From contig JAPPAJ010000340.1 in assembly GCA_026705565.1 (NCBI GenBank), positions 1 to 53,546 on the forward strand: a stretch of DNA of 53,546 bases, in the 5' to 3' direction. The translations under genes and the position numbers were made by a program. The notes beneath the pieces were generated by a model. That model made no database searches. It worked only from the letters and a program-made list of their open reading frames with translations, and was not told where the DNA came from. The stretch is from Caldilineaceae bacterium (lineage in GTDB: Bacteria > Chloroflexota > Anaerolineae > Caldilineales > Caldilineaceae). This document shows positions 49,934 through 53,546 of this stretch, piece by piece (the first letter of the stretch is position 1; each line of letters starts with the position of its first letter).

Positions 49934-50245
49934 GTGGTTCCGTTGCAGGCCTATCTCACGTTGGCGGCGTTCATCTTCAGCTGCGGTCTCTACGGCGCCC
50001 TGGCCCGGCGCAACGCCATCGCCATGCTCATGGCGGTGGAGTTGATGCTCAACGCGGTCAACATCAACCTGGTGGCATTCTGGCGCTACGGCCCCAATCG
50101 GGACGACCTGGCGGGCCAGACCTTCGCCATCTTCGTGATTGCCGTGGCCGCGGCCGAGGTGGCGGTGGGCTTGGCGCTCATCATCGCGATCTACCGGTCG
50201 CGCAAGACCGTTTACCTTGACGAAATCGATCTGCTGCAAGGCTGA
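49934..50245 (+). CDS. nuoK: NuoK paralog
   Basis: 103 aa with a GTG start. LMAVELMLNAVNINLVAF and AAAEVAVGLALII are present. Confidence 0.9.
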   Translation: MVPLQAYLTLAAFIFSCGLYGALARRNAIAMLMAVELMLNAVNINLVAFWRYGPNRDDLAGQTFAIFVIAVAAAEVAVGLALIIAIYRSRKTVYLDEIDLLQG

Positions 50246-50256
50246 TTCCCGATCCC

Positions 50257-50643
50257 ATGGCGCGCCAGGAACTCCAGGGCACACTGGAGGAGCAATGCGA
50301 GTTTCTCTACGGATTGGCCGTGGAGAAGATGCAGGCCGGCAATTTCAGCGGAGCCGTCTACGCGCTCAAGGAACTGCATCGGCACAATCCCGGCTATCGG
50401 GACGTGGCCCGGCTGCTGGCCGAAGTGAAGGTCCGCAAGACCCGCCAGCGCAACCTGATTCTGGCGGGACTGGCGGGAGGCACCCTGTCTGCGTCGATCG
50501 CCCACCTGCTCGGGGTCACGGCCGATCTCTGGCTGATTGTCGCCGCCGCGGCGGGCCTGGTCTGCACCTACGTGTTGGTCACGGTGTTCCGGCGTCGTCT
50601 CCCGGCCCTGGATGCCGTCTTCGCCGCACTGCCGCGTCGTTGA
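50257..50643 (+). CDS. uncharacterised small protein: TPR-like N-terminal helical repeat plus two predicted TM helices, embedded between nuoK and nuoL paralogs
   Basis: 128 aa. It starts 11 nt after the nuoK paralog and ends 27 nt before the nuoL paralog. Third-position G/C bias is like the neighbouring genes. The N-terminus is EFLYGLAVEKMQAGNFSGAVYALKELHRHNPGYRDVARLLAEV. Then come LILAGLAGGTLSASIAHLLGV and LWLIVAAAAGLVCTYVLVTVF. Confidence 0.65.
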   Translation: MARQELQGTLEEQCEFLYGLAVEKMQAGNFSGAVYALKELHRHNPGYRDVARLLAEVKVRKTRQRNLILAGLAGGTLSASIAHLLGVTADLWLIVAAAAGLVCTYVLVTVFRRRLPALDAVFAALPRR

Positions 50644-50670
50644 TCACCCCCCGTCCGGCAACACCTGCCC

Positions 50671-52887
50671 ATGAACCCGATCTTTGACCTGACCTGGCTC
50701 GTGCCCCTGCCTCCGGCCGTGGCCTGCGCCTTGATCATTCTCGTCACGAATCGCAACAAGTCCCTCAGTTCGGTGATCGCGATTGCCGGCGTTGCGGTCA
50801 GTCTGGTCATCGGCTGGGCCGTGGCCTTCTCGGCCTTTGTCGATCACGACCTGGCACACCATCCGGTCAACGCCACGCTGTTCAGCATTCCGACCGGCCT
50901 GACCGACATCGACGTCGGGTACGCGCTGGATCCCGCGAACGCGCTGATGCTGTTCATGGTGCCGTTTCTGCTGGTCATGATCTTCGTCTACGCCCGGGGC
51001 TACATGACCTTCCCGCACCATCTGAAGGCCGCGGACTTCCCCGAGGCCCATGCGGAAGGCAAGGATCCCCGCTACAGCCGCTTCATGGCCTATATCTCGT
51101 TGTTTGCCGTGGGCATGCTGGGGCTGGTGACCTCCAACAACCTGATTACCTTCTTCGTCTTCTGGGAAATCATGGGCCTGTGCAGCTACTTGCTGATTGG
51201 CTTCTGGTTCGAAAAGGAGAGCGCCAAGAAGGCGGCCTTCAAGGCCTTTGTCACCACCCGCATCGGCGACGCCCTGCTGTTCATCGGCATGATGGTGCTC
51301 TACATCGTCAGCGAGCCGAGCAGCCTCAGCTTTGCGGACCTGTTCAGCGAGGACAATCTCTACGAGCTGGGCCGCACCTATGCCAACCTGGGCTTCCGCG
51401 AGGTGACCTGGGTGTCCATCATCACCTTCCTGATCCTGTGCGGAACCATTGGCAAGAGCGCCCAGTTCCCCCTGCATGTCTGGCTGCCGGACGCCATGGA
51501 GGGTCCAACCCCGGTGTCCGCCATGATCCACGCGGCCACCATGGTCTCGGCCGGCGTGTTCCTGCTGATCCGCATGTACCCGCTGTTCGACCGGGCCCTG
51601 CACCTGACCTCGACATCGACGTACCTGGTGGCTGGGGTCGGGGCCTTCACGGCACTCTTTGCGGCGACGATTGCAATGGCGCAGTGGGATGTGAAGCGGG
51701 TCCTGGCCTATTCGACCATTTCACAGCTTGGCTACATGGTGGCCGCCCTAGGCATCGGCGCCTACGTGGCGGCCCTGTTCCACCTGCTGACCCATGCCTT
51801 CTTCAAGGCCTTGCTGTTCCTCGGTTCCGGCAGCGTCATCCACGGCATGGAGCATGGTCACGAGCATGCCCACGCCCATGGCCATGACTCCGGGGCGGAT
51901 GAACACGCATCGGGATTGATCCAGCGGCCGGACGGCAGCCTGGATCCAAACGATCCGCAGGACATGCGCAACATGGGTGGTTTGCTGCGCAAGATGCCGG
52001 TCACCGGTTGGACTTTCATCATTGGCGGCCTGGCCCTGTCCGGATTCCCAATCATCACGGCCGGGTTCTGGTCCAAGGACGAGATTCTGGCGGTGGCCTT
52101 CGAGGAGAACAGCCTGGTCTTCCTGGCCTTGGCGATCGCCGCCTTCTGCACAGCCTTCTACACGATGCGGCAGATGGCCCTGACCTTTTTCAACCGGGGT
52201 CGCACGGAAGCCGCGGACCACGCGTCCGAAAGCACGCGCAGCATGACATTGCCGCTGATCCTAATCTCGTTCTTTGCGATTACGCTCGGCTGGATTGGCA
52301 TTCCGGCCGCCTTCCCTGTCCTGGGCCCCATCGGCAACAACTGGCTGGGGCACTTCCTGGAACCCTTCATGGAAGTGATCCACATCCATGTGCTCCATCC
52401 GGAGTTCAACGTCGTTCCCCTGCTGGTGTCCGTGGCTGTGGCCCTGGGCGGTCTCGGCCTGGGCTGGCTCGTGTACGGCAAGGGCCTGCCGCCGGGCGAA
52501 ACCGATCCGATGTACAGGGCAATGGGACCGATCTGGCAGATCTTCCATCGCAAGTACTTCGTGGACGAACTCTACGATGCCACGGTGGTCCGGCTCAGCA
52601 ACTTCGTGTCGTCCTTCTGTGCCTCCATCGACGCCCGTTGGATTATCGACCCGCTGGTGAACCTGGTGGGCAAGGCCGGGGTGTGGCTGTCGGCCCTGGC
52701 GGCGGCGGCCGACCATTTGTTGGTGGACGGGCTGGTCAATTTGACGGCCAACTTCATGCGCTGGTGTGGCGGGGTGCTGACGCATCTCCAGGACGGCAAG
52801 GTTCAGGCCTATCTGGTCATCGCCATGATGGTGCTCGGCATTTGGGTCGTGCTTGTGGGCATGCCCATTGTGCTCACGCTGGTGTAG
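50671..52887 (+). CDS. nuoL: NuoL/NdhF-like paralog (738 aa, with His-rich loop insertion)
   Basis: [17 protein letters not shown] and [27 protein letters not shown] are present. There is a long C-terminal region. Confidence 0.92.
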   Translation: MNPIFDLTWLVPLPPAVACALIILVTNRNKSLSSVIAIAGVAVSLVIGWAVAFSAFVDHDLAHHPVNATLFSIPTGLTDIDVGYALDPANALMLFMVPFLLVMIFVYARGYMTFPHHLKAADFPEAHAEGKDPRYSRFMAYISLFAVGMLGLVTSNNLITFFVFWEIMGLCSYLLIGFWFEKESAKKAAFKAFVTTRIGDALLFIGMMVLYIVSEPSSLSFADLFSEDNLYELGRTYANLGFREVTWVSIITFLILCGTIGKSAQFPLHVWLPDAMEGPTPVSAMIHAATMVSAGVFLLIRMYPLFDRALHLTSTSTYLVAGVGAFTALFAATIAMAQWDVKRVLAYSTISQLGYMVAALGIGAYVAALFHLLTHAFFKALLFLGSGSVIHGMEHGHEHAHAHGHDSGADEHASGLIQRPDGSLDPNDPQDMRNMGGLLRKMPVTGWTFIIGGLALSGFPIITAGFWSKDEILAVAFEENSLVFLALAIAAFCTAFYTMRQMALTFFNRGRTEAADHASESTRSMTLPLILISFFAITLGWIGIPAAFPVLGPIGNNWLGHFLEPFMEVIHIHVLHPEFNVVPLLVSVAVALGGLGLGWLVYGKGLPPGETDPMYRAMGPIWQIFHRKYFVDELYDATVVRLSNFVSSFCASIDARWIIDPLVNLVGKAGVWLSALAAAADHLLVDGLVNLTANFMRWCGGVLTHLQDGKVQAYLVIAMMVLGIWVVLVGMPIVLTLV

Positions 52888-52929
52888 TTGCAGCAGTTCC
52901 AGGTTTCGGAGAGTCAGGAGGTCGGGCCA

Positions 52930-53546
52930 ATGGCCAATGCGAGCCAGGTGGCATTGTTTGCAACCCTCTTCATGCCGCTGGTGGCCGGCATTTGGGTACT
53001 GGTGTTCAGCCGCTCGGATCGGGCCATCCGCTGGTCGTCGATCCTGTTCAGCCTCGTGCCGCTGGTCCTGAGTGCCTGGCTGATGCTGACCTACGACCGG
53101 GACGCCGGCGAACTGTACGGTGAGATTTCCGCGCCGTGGATCCCGATGCTGAACTCGAACTTCCGGATTGCGGTCGACGGCCTCAGCCTGCCCCTGATTT
53201 TCCTCACGACCCTGCTGTCCACCCTCAGCCTGTACTACAGCGCCCGCACCATCCGCACCCGGGTGCGGGAGTACTTCGTGATGTTCCACTTGCTGGAACT
53301 GAGCATGCTGGGTGTGTTCATGGCGCTGGACTATGTGCTGTTCTACCTCTTCTGGGAGGTGTCCCTGGTTCCGATGTACCTCCTGATCGGAATTTGGGGC
53401 GGCGAGAACCGCAGCTACGCGTCCATCAAGTTCTTCATCTATACCCTGGTCGGGTCGGTGGCCATGCTGCTGGCAATCCTGCTGACCTACCTGGCGACCG
53501 GCACCTTCGATATCCTGATGGCGGCCGAGGCCCAGCCGTTCATGCA
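52930..53546 (+). CDS. nuoM: NuoM paralog, N-terminal 205 codons (runs off the right edge)
   Basis: The ATG at 52930 gives MANASQVALFATLFMPLVAG...FRIAVDGLSLPLIFLTTLL...FYLFWEVSLVPMYLLIGIWGG. It is open to the window end and is not in the ORF track because it has no stop. Confidence 0.88.
   Translation, partial: MANASQVALFATLFMPLVAGIWVLVFSRSDRAIRWSSILFSLVPLVLSAWLMLTYDRDAGELYGEISAPWIPMLNSNFRIAVDGLSLPLIFLTTLLSTLSLYYSARTIRTRVREYFVMFHLLELSMLGVFMALDYVLFYLFWEVSLVPMYLLIGIWGGENRSYASIKFFIYTLVGSVAMLLAILLTYLATGTFDILMAAEAQPFM

Overview
GC-rich bacterial chromosome segment. Gene content and the long RpoB/RpoC suggest a Chloroflexota-like lineage, but that is inference only. No rRNA, tRNA or CRISPR array was seen. 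There are four blocks. (1) 1-12227, minus strand: the conserved rpoB-rpoC-rpsL-rpsG-fusA-tuf string, with tuf cut by the left edge. It is preceded by a ~750-bp non-coding gap that holds an inverted-repeat-bounded element. (2) 12979-23493: housekeeping and cell-wall genes, namely a LysM/M23 peptidase, hpt, a Nudix hydrolase and tilS on the minus strand, then mreB-mreC-mreD-mrdA-rodA on the plus strand. (3) ~23700-32644: an accessory mosaic that looks more AT-rich. It holds a SelW/Rdx-type selenoprotein gene with an in-frame UGA that the ORF track splits, and a fused MNT-HEPN protein. It also holds a DUF1028 protein with a C-terminal anchor and a GIY-YIG nuclease gene cut by a 1490-bp IS with clear TIRs and TSD. 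Further elements are a divergent C5-cytosine methyltransferase, two decayed TnpB/IS605-type remnants, a displaced diverged copy of the nuoN 3' end, and a PH-SHOCT protein. (4) 32645-47406, minus strand: a complete complex I operon compacted to 12 genes by nuoCD and nuoEF fusions. It faces a second, membrane-arm-only nuo cluster on the plus strand (nuoA-H-J-K-x-L-M, 47753 to the right edge). That cluster carries an uncharacterised TPR-like two-TM ORF between nuoK and nuoL. The best candidates for something new are the membrane-arm-only nuo paralog cluster with its embedded small protein, the MNT-HEPN fusion, and the IS-inactivated GIY-YIG/m5C pair. Many long ORF-track entries are antisense artefacts of high GC and were discarded. 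Several real genes needed trimmed or non-ATG starts.
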